Shown here: positions 1-14,213 of the stretch, piece after piece
Layout: every line of letters starts with the position of its first letter
How positions within the stretch are numbered: the stretch's first letter is position 1
Assembly: GCA_951406725.2 (NCBI GenBank)
Contig: OX597820.1
Coordinates: forward strand, 52,142,001 to 52,206,000
DNA length: 64,000 nucleotides
Direction of reading: 5' to 3'
Origin: Octopus vulgaris
Lineage: Eukaryota
Program-made: the position numbers and the translations under genes
Notes under the pieces: generated by a model
What the model was told of the DNA's origin: nothing
Database searches by the model: none
What the model saw: the letters and a program-made list of their open reading frames with translations, nothing else

Positions 1-1392
1 TACTGCTTTTGGTCAGATGCTGTTTGACGACGGTAATCATTAATAATGTTTCAAATTCATTACAGTGTCCTGTAGGTACTTTTTCAGATATTTTCAACTT
101 TGGCAATCATTATTACAATGATGGAAATTATTCGTCGAGGCTTGTTTCACTTTAAAAAAAAAAAGGACGCTGCGTTTTACACCGGTAAACATACAAATGC
201 AACAGTCACAGGGACATTATTCAAGCATTAGTATATTTATACACAAATGTCATTGGCTGTGACGAATCCAGCATCACACTGTTGATGGAGTATACTGCGT
301 TTAACAAACCTCATTTTTAATTTCTTTTTGGTGATTAGAACATACCCATAACACATTTAGGATGGTGCACATTGTGCAATATGAATAGTATGCTAGCACG
401 TGCACACACACATACACACACACACACACTCACACGCAGAGACGCAAGTATGTATATTCCACATTTTCAGCTCAAAAATCTTCTTTGTGAGATCACAAAG
501 AAAAGGAGAAGTGAATCCAAATATTTATATAAGCATGTATATAGGTATCAAAGGTATTCCTCTACCTGTGTATGCAGAAGAATAGCTTTCACCAATGTGT
601 TTTACAGTTAGATGTAGGCAATAAGACGGAGTTTCGAATCTAAAGTCGTATCCACGTCGATGTGCCTGCACTCATATAAGTACATCATCTCTGGATGGCT
701 AACAGCTAGGTCACATTTGAGAATCCGTTGCCGTAGAATCGGTCTGTGTTCTCTTTCACCATGTAATTTAGAGTATAAATAAGTATATACAGAAGTAATC
801 TACATACAGCCTAAAGAGGCTCTGTAAGTTAGAAAGTGTGATTTGTATCAAAGTAATATAAAATGCATCCTTCGCTACAGGAGCAAAAACTTAAATATTT
901 AATGCTAAGTTGCTTGCGAAAATTATTCTTCGTTCTAGAGATAGTTGCACATATCAGCATAAAGATTTGGATTCATTATCTCAAGCCAATGAATCGCTGA
1001 TTACTTTCACACTAGAGTGTACTTATACTGAATTAACTATACGAAACAAGACAGTATACTTAAAAGTAAGACAATAGAATGTAAATGTTAGCTTTGAGCT
1101 TAATTCAGTGTCATCTAAAATAAACACCGTTAATTTATTTCTTTTGTCGTTTAAATAATCTTTTGAATTTCAAGTCGCCAATTTGCTACACCAGTGAGAC
1201 ATGCAATTCTATTTCATTACGATGCGGTTAGTAAACTGGAAGATATAATATAAAATATACATATATATACATAGAAATCTGTAAGGGTCATTGGATGCCC
1301 CTTTGTAGACCCCCTATTAGTCAGTTTTGCTGTCCTTATTCTTCTGATTATTATTATGGCTTGATAATAATTGTTTGATAATATGAAGGCTT

Positions 1393-1733
1393 CGAGCTGT
1401 TAGAAACATTAGCACGCTGGACGAAAAGGTTGACTTTGCCTTTCATCCTTTCGGGGTCGATAAATTAAGTACCAGTTGCGCACTGGGGTCGATGTAATCG
1501 ACTTAATACCTATGTCTGTCCTTGTTTGTCCCCTCTGTGTTTAGCCCCTTGTGGGTAATAAAGAAATAGGTATTTCGCTACTTTCTGAGTTCAGATTCTA
1601 CCGAGGTTGACGTTGACGTTCATCCCTTCGGGGTCGATGAATTAAGTATCAGTTGAACACTGGGATCATAGTAATCGACTCGTCCTCCTCCCCAAATTGA
1701 CTGACTTTGTGGCAAAATTTGAAACTATTATTA
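1393..1733 (+). mobile_element. tRNA-derived SINE family A (Meta-domain-like), dimeric copy with 5' internal deletion
   Basis: Contains GACTTTGCCTTTCATCCTTTCGGGGTCGATAAATTAAGTACCAGT and a second diverged copy of it with a B-box-like GAGTTCAGATT; near-identical to copies at 15995 and 46317. Confidence 0.9.
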
Positions 1734-1914
1734 CGGTTTGATAGCTAGCGCTAGCACGTACTTTTGTAAATTCTCACTGTGCCACGTCTTTTAATTCACT
1801 GAAATGAATTTTGCAACCCTTGGATCAATGAAAGATGGTGATATTGTTGATGACGTTCTTATAGTTGTCATGGCTTTTGTTTTGATGTTTTGATATTTTT
1901 TTTGCTATGATGGT

Positions 1915-2160
1915 TTTTAGGTTTTTCGTGTTGGCAGGAGTTATTATCTATTGTTAGTTTTATTTTAAAGTACATAATTGGATTGCGTGCTACGCTGAGT
2001 AAAATTTTGCGTGAAATTTGTTCATAGAGAGGAAGGCTTTTATTGCCAGAATAAAAAAAAGGTATTAATTTAATTATCAACATTTTCAACATGGCATCTA
2101 AGACCAACATGTTATATTAGTTGTCATACATTTCGAAAACGGAGTTTTAAAATTACATGA
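1915..2160 (-). mobile_element. Possible very decayed Naiad-like PLE GIY-YIG remnant
   Basis: Minus-strand peptides CNFKTPFSKCMTTNITC and YSGNKSLPLYEQ...NSCQHEK loosely match the CxC..CP..KC.T.NI.Y and C.LC..EK...CRH motifs; heavily deleted. Confidence 0.3.
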
Positions 2161-3811
2161 AGTAAAGAGAAACAGAAATCACACGAGCAAAGAATTAACT
2201 GTAATTTAAGAACGCCTTAGAAGTGTTGCAAATCTTGCAGGTAACACCATCCTTGATGATGACGCACAGTCATTGTCAATATGAATTCTTACAGAATTGA
2301 TAACAAACACAATAAATCCTCTTTTGTTTATAAATGATCTGTAATTAAAGTAATTTAAAAACGTACATCACCTAGCAAGGATAAATCTAGCGTTAAACAA
2401 ACACAACGCGTCCTTGGCCGTGACACATGTCAAAGAAAGGAATTGCTCTGAAGAGAATTCTTGACTTACTTTTATTCTAACGCAAACTTTTGAGGCCAAC
2501 CTCCGAAGAGACTCGGCTTCCATCAACCACTACACGCGATGAAGGATCGCTTCCAGAGTTTGCGATGAAACAAAAGAGAATAGACCATATAATATCCCAG
2601 CATAAAGCAACAGTTACATTTAGAGATAGGGATTATGATGTTAGCTTGGTTAACCCTGTCATTTTTAATATCATATCGATAGGTTAGGTTGTACGTAAAA
2701 CTGATATGAACACAAGTTGTTTACTTAGAAAGGTCGTCATGAAATCAACCGTCTTATGATCCCTAAAATATAATGCTATCTCAGGTTTAATAATTGTGTA
2801 GTCGTACACAGAAAACAATTACACTCACTGTCAGAACAGAAAACCTACAGGAAAAAAAAAGAAGTTTGTTGCACCAAACTCCGCTTCAAGTGTTTTTACT
2901 TCGGTGATAGGAACGGCACGAGAAGATATGATGAGAGACAAGTAGAGAACGACCAAATCAAGCAGACGGCATTCTATTTTGCTAAATATATTACCACGTT
3001 TCCAGTCCCAACATTGGCAAATGATAAATATCAGTTTCACAACAATAAAAATTTGGAGAACTGGTGGCAGATGAAGATGCATAGCGGATCCTTGCAAAGG
3101 CAAAAACAAATTTGCAAAGAGTTATGTAAAATACATTGTTTTAAAAGTAAAGAAAGGGACAACAAAGGACGGCTGTAGGATTAAAATTCACATAAATAAA
3201 ATTCCGCTTGTCGGTGGAGAATGGCGCTCATGGTTCTGAGAACAACCATCGGGCATATAAGACCCAATTCTAAATGCTAACACACTAAATCAAATTTAAT
3301 AATGTTATCGATATATTTTAAATATAGGTTCAATTCACAAATAATTATGAAACAGGATATGCATTACAGCAACATCAGAGATCGATCACAGTATAAAATA
3401 ACAATGCCCATTGAACGTCCCATGCTTTTAATACGGCAAATGCTAAACATGCCAACAGGTGACACAGAATTGCAATACAATGAGTGACCGCTGATTGAAA
3501 CATATAGGGTTGAACTGACATTATTGCTGTTTTCTGTGATGGATATGCTGGTTACTCTAACTGTTCCATTCATTCTCATTATAAATATGTCCAGTTCTTT
3601 GCATTGTTTGACATTCTATCGTAATATCTTATTTTCATCTAATGTTTATCTTTTACATTTTTACTAAAAATTTCATAAAATTTTCACCTACCCCTCATTT
3701 TATAAAACTACCTTATCTCCACCAACACACGCTTTTGCAACTCTGATAACTTTTTTATTTGTATAAATGTATTCGATTCTGTGACCAATAATGTAATTTA
3801 TTGTTATTAAT

Positions 3812-3818
3812 ATCATCG

Positions 3819-3851
<33 letters not shown>

Positions 3852-3951
3852 CAACCACCACCACCACCATCATCATCATCACTGAGTTTTCTTGTATTTA
3901 CATACATTGGGCTTTATACTCACTCCTACATATATGCCTGTAAGTGTGTGT

Positions 3952-4007
<56 letters not shown>

Positions 4008-4010
4008 GTG
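3812..4010. repeat. (ATC)n/(ACC)n and (GT)n microsatellites
   Basis: Read directly from the sequence. Confidence 0.95.
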
Positions 4011-6099
4011 TAATATACATTTATATGTTATTTCTGAGAAGTGATTTGATTCATAGTGCACTTAAGAAATATCTGTATATCTTCTTCACAATCTATGCAT
4101 TGATGAAATGATGATAAGTAGAGAATAAACTATATCTACAGGCTATGTCTTATGTCTGAACATCATAATTCATATAAATCAATACCATCTTTTTACATGC
4201 AGTACATCTTAAATATCTGGAAATGATATCAAAGAATTTTCTTTCTTTTTTTCACCGCGTGATCAAAAACTGTTTTCGTTCACCCTAGCATATGTTTTTT
4301 CTCTGGCAAGGAAGAGACGGAAGTAATAATTTTCTAGAGTTGAAATTAACTATATTTCAACAAATTATGCACCAACTTAAAAAAGGTAGGTTCTTTACAG
4401 TATTATAATCATAGTTTTTGTCTGTTTTATTTTTATGATTTTTACCTCGCAAAAGTATGTAGAGGTGAAAAATACTGGTATCATTTCTGAATTATTAATG
4501 GAGTCGGATTTGCGTCTACAAATATTACATAAGTTTTATTAACTTCTCCACTCATATATCAGACTACGCATCAGTGTTTCAGCGTACGGTTAGCAGCACC
4601 CAAAATATTATTCTCATTATTCCCCCAGGACATATTTATACCTAAATCTAGAAAGTTTACAAAAGGATTTTAATAAAGATTTAACCGGAATTGAATACCA
4701 ACGGTATCGCTTATTCACAACAGGCGTTTCCCTAATCCCCGTCCCATTTTCATGCCAACTACATCATTAACTAGAATCTACGGTGGCTTCCATCCACTAT
4801 AAATTGATCTCTCATATTCTGAAAATGCATGATTCAACCCATTTTAAATTTGAAATAAAAACCACCATTATTGATGAATATTTCATAAAGCTATCTATCT
4901 CCTCATTCTGTGTGTCCTCTACTATAGAATCTTTAGAGTCTTAACGGCCTGATCCTTCCTTTATAGTACACCCACTAGCAGTATATTATCATCTAACAAT
5001 TCATGAAAGGGAATGTACATGGAATTAATATTCAGCTATACTGCATCCCTTATGTTTACATTCAAATCTCCTGTCTTGCAAAAGTAGCTTCCATTCCGAA
5101 TAGTCAACTGCAGCAGGCACAGATGAATTCACATATGACCGCCATTTTCCTGATTCTGCTAAACTCGCGGGTTCGGCAATGTCACTCACTCCCGCGTTTA
5201 TCTTCTATTAATTAGTGTCCTCTTTGATGGAAATTCTGATATCGAAAATTCCTATGCAGCTGATTAATGACCTTCACTATTCCTTAGTTTACAACAGTTT
5301 CATGCACATTCAACCTAAATAATACGTCAAGAGATACTCTACATTCATAAGTACAGACCTTAAGGATTTACAATCCTTCTGCAGTGCGAATACATATTAA
5401 ATGTTTTAATATCTCACACTCTAAATGCATACAATGTATATCACCAAACACAACAATGCTCCAGTTAAGTATTAAAGCTTCAAATGATCTCTAATAGTTA
5501 CCGCGTAACTAACTAACGTTCACTGATGTTCAACGCTTAATAGTGAGATTTTCCTTAAAGATAGGTCATCGCAGAACCCAGATAAATTACGAAATTAATA
5601 CTAGTTCAAATAAAGTTAATATGCATAAGTTGATATGCTGCTAGAAAGTAGCATTCTACATCTAACCTCAAAGAAGCAGATTCATTTGATTTTCTGATAC
5701 CTTCCAACACACTCCCAAACACTACCTGATGGACTTACTGTTTCTTTTAACCTGACTCTCTTTATCTGAATGAAAAGGCACCTACTTTTCCGAAAAACGT
5801 AAATTAATATGCTCACCAACTGGAAACATACGCTCTGATCACCTTTGCTGTCTCTCTATATTCTGTCTTCCCATATTCTGCGTTTTGAGATTCCACCAGG
5901 CTCTCGTTTCTAAATCTCACAATTACCGAATTACAAAGTTTGGACCTTAAATAAAAGGTATCAATCACACCGGTTTCGAGGTACAAAATTCAACGAAAAA
6001 TATCTTGTTTTCTAAATTTTAAAAAGATTTAGTTCTCACACATTCGAGATGTATTTAATTTTTAATATTTCAGATAAGTTCTAGGAAGCGAGCTGCTAT

Positions 6100-6249
6100 A
6101 ATTGCTGGCCTTGTGCCAAAATTAAAATCAATATTTAAGGTATATTCAGGACGGCGAGCTGGCAGAACTGTTAGCACGTTGATCAAAATGTTTACCGGCA
6201 TTTCGTCCACCTATATGTTCTGTATCCAATTTCCGCTGATGTCGACTTA
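6100..6249 (+). mobile_element. SINE family A fragments (a tail followed by a head)
   Basis: GCTGGCCTTGTGCCAAAATT tail, then GGCGAGCTGGCAGAACTGTTAGCACG head, matching other copies in the window. Confidence 0.75.
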
Positions 6250-6347
6250 TCCGCTTCCCCGAACGTTTAACTCCTCTAATCTTTGGAACCAATATTACGG
6301 AAAGGCGGTCTGTACCTACACCTATATACATTTCTCTTTTTGTCTTT

Positions 6348-6389
<42 letters not shown>

Positions 6390-6440
6390 ATATATATATT
6401 CTGTATATCAATACATACACACACATATGTACATATAATA

Positions 6441-6820
6441 CAGGGTGAAGCAGAGAGAAGAAATTGCTATCACTAAGCCCCAGACGAAGGGACATATGTT
6501 CAACAGGGACCATTCGGTCCGTGATTTATTAGCATTTGTTTTTCTTTTCAGTCATGGTGCTGTGAGCGATAGAGCATCACGTGTGTGCCTACGACACCAA
6601 CGGGAAGAATAAAGAATCTGTCACAGTAGTTCAGTATGACTTTCGCCGCCACTTCAATATTCACCGAAATCAGGCGGTTCCCACCCGTGACAGAATCTTA
6701 CGTGGGCTGAATGCACTTCGTACACGAGGTGCACCAATGAATTGGAGACCGGTGGCGGTATCACGAACGGTACAGAAGCAAGAAAATGCGGAGCGTGACA
6801 GACAAGCTTTGATACGGAAT
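6441..6820 (+). mobile_element. Tc1/mariner-superfamily transposon 5' end with N-terminal HTH (DUF4817-like) transposase pseudogene
   Basis: TA|CAGGGTG terminus at 6439-6447. ATG at 6554 reads MVL*AIEHHVCAYDTNGKNKESVTVVQYDFRRHFNIHRNQAVPTRDRILRGLNALRTRG...RTVQKQENAERDRQAL; in-frame stop, truncated at a microsatellite. Confidence 0.85.
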
Positions 6821-6947
6821 ATGTGTGTATGTGTGTACATGTGTGTGTATACATACATGCACAGATACATGCAGGCATACATATACATATATATATAAAT
6901 ACATATGCATATTTCTATATACATACATATATGCACACTCATATATA

Positions 6948-7043
<96 letters not shown>

Positions 7044-7070
7044 GTTGGTTTGTGAAAGCACGTGGGGGAA

Positions 7071-7420
7071 TATATAGAAAATAGTAAAGAGTGAAAAAAC
7101 GACAGAAGGCTTAAAGGTTAAAAATATATATATATATTTGCGTCAATATGTCTGAAGATTATTAGAAAATTTTTTTAAAAAATTTTTTCTCTTATAATGA
7201 CATAATTTAAAAGAAAGACCGGTTTCGCGTGTAGCTTTTCAAATTTCTTGCGACTTGAAAAGCTACACGCGAAACCGGTCTTTCTTTTAAATTATGTCAT
7301 TATAAGAAAAAAAATTTTTTTTTTTTAAATTTTCTAATAATCTTCAGACATATTGACGCAAATATATATATATATTTATTAACATTTAAGCCTTCTGTCG
7401 TTTTTTCACTCTTTACTATT

Positions 7421-7429
<9 letters not shown>
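7071..7429. repeat. Near-perfect fold-back palindrome (~172 bp arms, 12 nt spacer)
   Basis: 7071-7242 is the reverse complement of 7255-7429; spacer ATTTCTTGCGAC; TA repeats at the outer ends. Confidence 0.97.
7255..7280 (+). ncRNA. Minimal hammerhead-like core (U3-A8 variant), mirrored on the minus strand at 7217-7242
   Basis: TTGAAAA-GC-TACAC-GC-GAAAC-CG-GTC; palindromic ACCGGT stem III; no stem I partner visible. Confidence 0.5.
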
Positions 7430-7456
<27 letters not shown>

Positions 7457-7459
7457 TTC

Positions 7460-7770
7460 TGTGTCCAGTTCGACTTCATGGCATCAAGCGCCTAATATAG
7501 CCTGAGACCGAAACCTTGTGATCACATTTTGGTAAGCAGAAGCTGACAGAATCCCTTCGTATATGTTTGTGTTTGTGAATGTACGTGTGCATGTCGGTTT
7601 GCGTGGGTGTCCCTATAAAATTACAGTTCGTCAATGAGACCGAAAAACTAAGTTTGTGCTTAAAAACGAAGTACTGAGTTCGCTTTGTTCGACTAAAAGG
7701 CTTCAAGGCTGTGCACCAGCATGGCTGCTGTCTACTGACTGAAACAAGTAAACGAAGAAAGAACAAAAAA
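7460..7770 (+). mobile_element. SINE family B, decayed copy
   Basis: Body colinear with the 52585-52979 copy; tail GTGCACCAGCATGGCTGCTGTC..GACTGAAACAAGTAAA. Confidence 0.75.
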
Positions 7771-8964
7771 ATAGATGTGTGCGTGTGTGTTTGTGTGTAT
7801 GTGTGTGTGTATGTGTATGTCTGTGTCTGTGTGTGTGCATGTGTGCACATGCGTGAATGTCTGTTCTATCTGTGTCTCTGTAAGTCTTTGAAATTGTTTA
7901 AGTATATCTGTATAAATATGCATGTTTCTTTTATATCATAGAAAGAGAAAGCGTTTTTATCAGTTGGACCGATATCAGCATATCTTATGAATAATCTACA
8001 AATTCCTCGGTTTTCAGCTGCTCATGAAAATATTGTATGTCCGACCTCTATTATTAATTCGCATTAATTTATTCGTATAAACACACATTCTCGGTCGCTA
8101 ATTTCAGTAATTAATTTGTATTAGTTTATTGATACTCCATTTTCATACTACAACATACTAAAGAATAAATGTTTATGTGTCAGCCGGCATTGGATGCGTA
8201 AATTAAATATCAGTAAAATATACAGAACTGCGCAATGCATTTAATTAAAATTCCATTTCTTATGTTTATTGTCTGCAACCACCTTGCGTACTTAAAAAAT
8301 AATAATTATAAATTGGATTGTTGGTTAAAATACACTTGTTTATCATGTAAAGAGTTACAGAATGACAAAAAAAAACAATTGCTAACGTCTTACTAATATA
8401 TTAGTCGAGATAGAAGGGGGAATACGTTATAATGTAAATAGGTAAAGGAATTTTAATAAAATCTGAAACAAATAGTATTTTTATATTTAATAGTGTATGT
8501 GTGTAATCAATCTTTTACTATAAGGAATTGCATAAAAAACCGTGTGTTTATAATACATTATTCACAGGAGCGTAGGCTGGAATCTGAAGGTATTTCATGT
8601 AGCATTTACAAAGGAACACTAATAACACCTGACTAATTTATGTGTCTTTGTCTTGACGAATGTGACTGTTTGCTTTATATGTTTAAGCCAAATTCAAACA
8701 TACTTAAATACATTATTCATATCATTATTACTCTTAACTCTGCAAATATATTCGCTGCAAAATTATCCCTTTGAACATTTTTGCATTTGGTTGACGCCGT
8801 GAAACATGTGATACTTACTTTGGACCATATTTCTCAATGATGCCTATCACGTGTATTCCGTTCTGTATGAAAACCAAATCTGAAGTCTGCCAGAAAGCAA
8901 CTGCGGCCATGGATGCTGAAATTTTCTGCATTCAAAGCTGATGATTAGCCTATAGATGGATAGC

Positions 8965-9117
<153 letters not shown>

Positions 9118-9484
9118 GTGTTAACCAGTTTTGAATTAAGTACTGCACAGTTCCAGTAGCCGACAATCGTTTAAGTACGAATATTCTCACTGATTTACAT
9201 AGCTTATATACTTATATATTGCGAATTACTATAATAATGTTAACTTCATACATCACTCTTCTTCAAATGATGGAAGGATCTCCACAGAATAAGTTAAATG
9301 TCTGTAAAGATAGAGATTTGAGAAAAATAAGATTGTTGTATAAATAAACTTGAGAATTATTTTGCAGAAACATGATCTGTCTCTTCCTGTATGTGTGCGC
9401 ATATATATGAGTATATTTATGAACAGGTGTGACTGTGTAGTGAGAAGTTTACTTCCGTAGCTGTCTTCTACTATACTGTCAGGC

Positions 9485-10458
9485 TAACCAAACTCCAACC
9501 CTACATCCTTTGTAAATGTTGTAACTAGGTCAAGGCACTTTTCCATCTCGTGCATATTCTATGCATGAAGTTCCATGTCTTCCACGAAGAAACATTGTGT
9601 AAGTTTGGTATTTCTGTTTCCTTGTGTACCTGTGAGCTACCCTTCAGACTTACTCGAGATGAATAACAAGGAGTTTATAGAAAGTATAAACAACATCATA
9701 GAGACATTGTCCCCTTGGAATATGCTTTTACGATACTGTATTGTATCAATGATAATACAGTCACTCGTTATGTTTAATTTCAAGATTGTGGCCCACGGTG
9801 AAGTCAGGTCAGCTACGGCTTTGACAATACTCACTGGAACTTTAGCAAGTTGAAGGGCTTATGTCATCCATAAGTGGGAAACATAGTCAAAGGCCTTCTT
9901 GTAGTCTAGCCGCATTGAAATTGTTTCCTCCTATACTCACGCACTTCTGACATCACAGTTTTGTTGATTAACAGTTGCTCGGCACATCTCCAGACTCCCT
10001 TCTTCGCAGCTGCTTGTTCTGCAGTGAGGATGTTATTGGTTTCAAAATCGTCCTGGAGGACGATGTTTAAGCAAGATGATGTATATATCTTATAGATTAA
10101 GTTCTGTCATGCAACTGGGTGTTGTTTTTAGGTTGTTGTTTTCTTTTTGGCACGTGCTGGTTCTTTATTTGCTGACCAATTTTGTCTCTGACAGATCTAA
10201 CCAATGTGGTATGCTACTGTTCCAATTAAGCGTTGGGTGCAGACTGATAAGATATGGCCGGTAGAATGTTAGCTTCTTGTACCAATATCTAACAATCAAG
10301 TCTCTTCCAGATGCATTTCCATCCTAGAGTTTCTGGATCATAGATGCAAGAGTTCCACCATCAATTTTGTATATCTTGGGTGAAACGCATGAGCAATAAC
10401 TTCTTCGGATTTCTTCCAACCACAGGGCATCTTGGTTAAACTCCTTCTTTTCACTCCC
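9485..10458 (-). mobile_element. Dong/R4-clade non-LTR retrotransposon, reverse transcriptase fragment (pseudogene)
   Basis: Colinear RT motifs on the minus strand: ASGRDLIVRYWYKKL, EQAAAKKGVWRCAEQLLINKTV, LDYKKAFDYVSHLW, SIFQGDNVSMMLFILSINSL, FFVEDMELHA, LDLVTTFTKDVGLEFG; stops and frameshifts present. Confidence 0.88.
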
Positions 10459-11889
10459 GTATATATATGTTTGTATGTTTTTATGTAAGTATGTATGTAT
10501 GTATGCATGTATGTATGTATGTATGTGTATGTGCAATTTGTACAATTATAGCTGGTAAAAAATAATTACAAACGCTGTTGAACTCAAGGTTATGGATCTT
10601 CCAAAATGCGATTATTTATGTTCATATGCCTTTTTACAGTTAACATTTACTCCAATCTAATTCATTCCATCGTATCAGAGGAATGTTGTTCGACGTAGTC
10701 GAAACTCAGATAGTCTGCCGTAAATGTGGTTCGTTTAGAGGAATTCAACACTTATGGAATTTAATATTTGCAACAAATTGTTTCCTTATACATACGTTAA
10801 AGCGGCACAAACTAAAAATATAGCTACTCTTCTAACAGAAGAATATGTCAAGACTGTTTTGCCTTCCAAAATTTTGGACAGCATTATATTAACAACACTC
10901 TGATACCCTACTTGCCCACTCATTCCGAAACTAGTAATCTAATGCACACATGAAGTTTTACATCTGCAATTCATCAAAGTATAGAAAATAAGACTGCCAA
11001 TGTGTAATCACGAGATATGACTTTGCAATATTTGCTATAACGGAGCAAAGCAGCCGAAATAAAGCTGCCAAATACCGGCAGACGTAGCACATCTCCAGTA
11101 ATGAAGATTCTGAGTTCTTTATTGCCTTTTCCATTCATAAAATTTTGTCCAACATTCAATAAGGCCTTCTTTACGAAGATTGCCCGAAAAATTGCTACAT
11201 TTAAGCCACTGCTACACGGTGCAAAAACTGCAATTTTCGCAAAGCTTACAGCTATTTACAAGATCTGCCAGGTTAACCCCTTTCTAAAATGAATACTACG
11301 ACATGAGGTTCTGCATTACCAATCATGAATTGACAAGTAATGGACATGAGAACAGAAAAATTGAAGCTGCCCATCCAGAAGGTTAACCTTCTTTTAATTG
11401 TGCTTTCCTTTTAAATTTCTCTTTCTAAACCTTCATGCATAACACTCAAATGATGTCAAGGATTGTAGCATACAAAGATGTACACTTAATATTTGAAATG
11501 CTGTAGTTGAATTAGCCGAGATTCGTGGAGATCTTTTCATAATGGACCTAAAATACCATTAAATATCTAAACCGCTAGTATGAGAACCTTGCCCAAAACT
11601 TCAAGCTCAAGAGTGTTATATTTACATTGCCTGTTCATTTTGATGCCATATTTACACGGTGTGTTAATATAGCACTCAAAAGAAGTCTATGATGCAGCTC
11701 ATATCAACAAGATCCTCCATGTAAAATATTCAGGACTTGAGAAAATTTACTTTTCGCTGTATAAATACGATGAAGCCATTAATTCAGACGGAAAAGTTTT
11801 AAGACGGATATCGTATAAATTTGACATAATTATAGCATATGTCACTGATAATGAATATCCGCCCGTATATTACCCTTTCCATATTCCTC

Positions 11890-12521
<632 letters not shown>

Positions 12522-12634
12522 TTTCCTTCTTTCTTCGAATTTTCTTCCGTTTCTCAACGAGTGTTTTCCGTACACCTATGGCAGAGATCTCATTGTATGC
12601 ATTCCCAGATTACACACGCAAATTCGCAGGTAAA

Positions 12635-13350
12635 ATTTTACTTACACAATAAATCCACAGCTCATCAGTAGGATTCGTCATAATTGCATAATCTATTAAC
12701 AGTGAAACAATTGTCTAGGGTTAATCTACATTTTTGTTATTTTTCATTTGTCCTGCTCGTTTACGTTCATAGTTGTGCTAATTTTCCTTGAGAACAATTC
12801 TTGGTGGTTGAGACCATTGCGGATTTATTTTTAGCGCAAAAGCGTCCATATAGTGGATTCTCTATTATATTTGTGTATTAATATTTACTGAATCCCAGTT
12901 TTTATGCGCTAAACCACTTGGTGTTAAACTCATGTTATTAAATTAATATCCAATTTTTTCACCCTTATTTTTGATTTTAATTATACTGCAGTAAATTATT
13001 TATGCAGTGTTTGTTTCCGGGAATTTTGGCGAGCTATAACGAGGGCATTTGAATCATAACTGCGGATATAATAGGCTGAACTACTCGTGTGTTTGACTTT
13101 GTGTTAAAATCTGGCGTGCGGTTCAGCAAATTATATTCATGATGAATCCTACTGATGAGCTGTGGATTTATTGTGTAAGTAAAATTGCAAAAATGTAGAT
13201 TAACCCTAGACAATTGTTTCACTGTTAATAGATTATGCAAGAATACTTGGTGGTTGATACCATTGCGGCTCTATTTTTAGCGCAAGAGCGTCCACATAGT
13301 GGATCCTCTCTTATATTTGTGTATTAATATTTACTGAATCCCAGTTTTTA
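12635..13350. ncRNA. Two tandem copies of a hammerhead-bearing repeat (PLE pseudo-LTR-like), each with one ribozyme half inverted
   Basis: 5' half AATCCTA-CTGATGA-GCTGT at +13145-13163 and -12657-12675. 3' half ACAGT-GAAAC-AATT-GTC-TAGGGTT at +12699-12722 and -13202-13225. Downstream direct repeat 12796-12905 / 13243-13350. Confidence 0.8.
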
Positions 13351-14173
13351 TATATATACATGGAAAAAATGTCGATGTGAATTCTTGGTAGGAAATACGA
13401 TTTATCGTATTGCTGTCACCAGAATTATGTCTACTGGCAAATTCCAGGCCTCTCACTGCCTACGACTCAGATATACTACATTTGCACCAGCTGCTACTCT
13501 GCACCGCTTGCACAAATGTCACAGCTACCAACCAATCCCCAGCGTTTACTTAAACGCCAAAGCATACCGATCGTCAACTCTTACTAATCCCCTACACTTG
13601 CCAATTGCCAACGCTTGTTTTGCGCGTATATACTTGTGCATTCGCAAGTATTCTTTATTTCCAACTGTTACCCATATACCAACAGTAAACCGCAACACAG
13701 CGTAATCTACCTCGACCAATCGTAGTCCAACTTACGGTAATAACAATCAAATTCTGTCATTCAGATTCGAAAGGGATGACGATTAGCATCATAACTGAAA
13801 CCTGAGGATTTATATCAAACTGTTTTGATCCATACATTTAACTCCTAAGAGTGGGATGAATGCCTTTCTTTCATTTCTCCAGTCACTTGTATATATTTTA
13901 TATTTTTTGATTTCATTTTATATCTCCTATAAACAAATGCTGCAAACCCTCTAGCTCTTATAAACCATATACCTTGTCCGTGTCGTGCTGGTTTTTAGTA
14001 CAAGAGAAATATAAGTTTATACAATTTGCCTGAAAAGATTTCTAAACATTTTTTCCCAAATATATCTGTAATGCCCATCCATATGCGCATATGCTTGTAT
14101 ATTTGTGTATGACTCTCTCTCGTACTATATATATATACATACATACATATCTATACATAGACACACACAGACA

Positions 14174-14213
<40 letters not shown>

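Noticed and set aside
7071-7429. miRNA precursor
   Set aside because: The stem is far longer and more perfect than a pre-miRNA, and I recognised no conserved mature miRNA anywhere in the window.
10689-10720. Isolated GAAAC...GTC hammerhead 3' halves (also minus strand at ~626 and ~5965)
   Set aside because: No CTGANGA core or stem I at a suitable distance; likely chance matches or too decayed to call.
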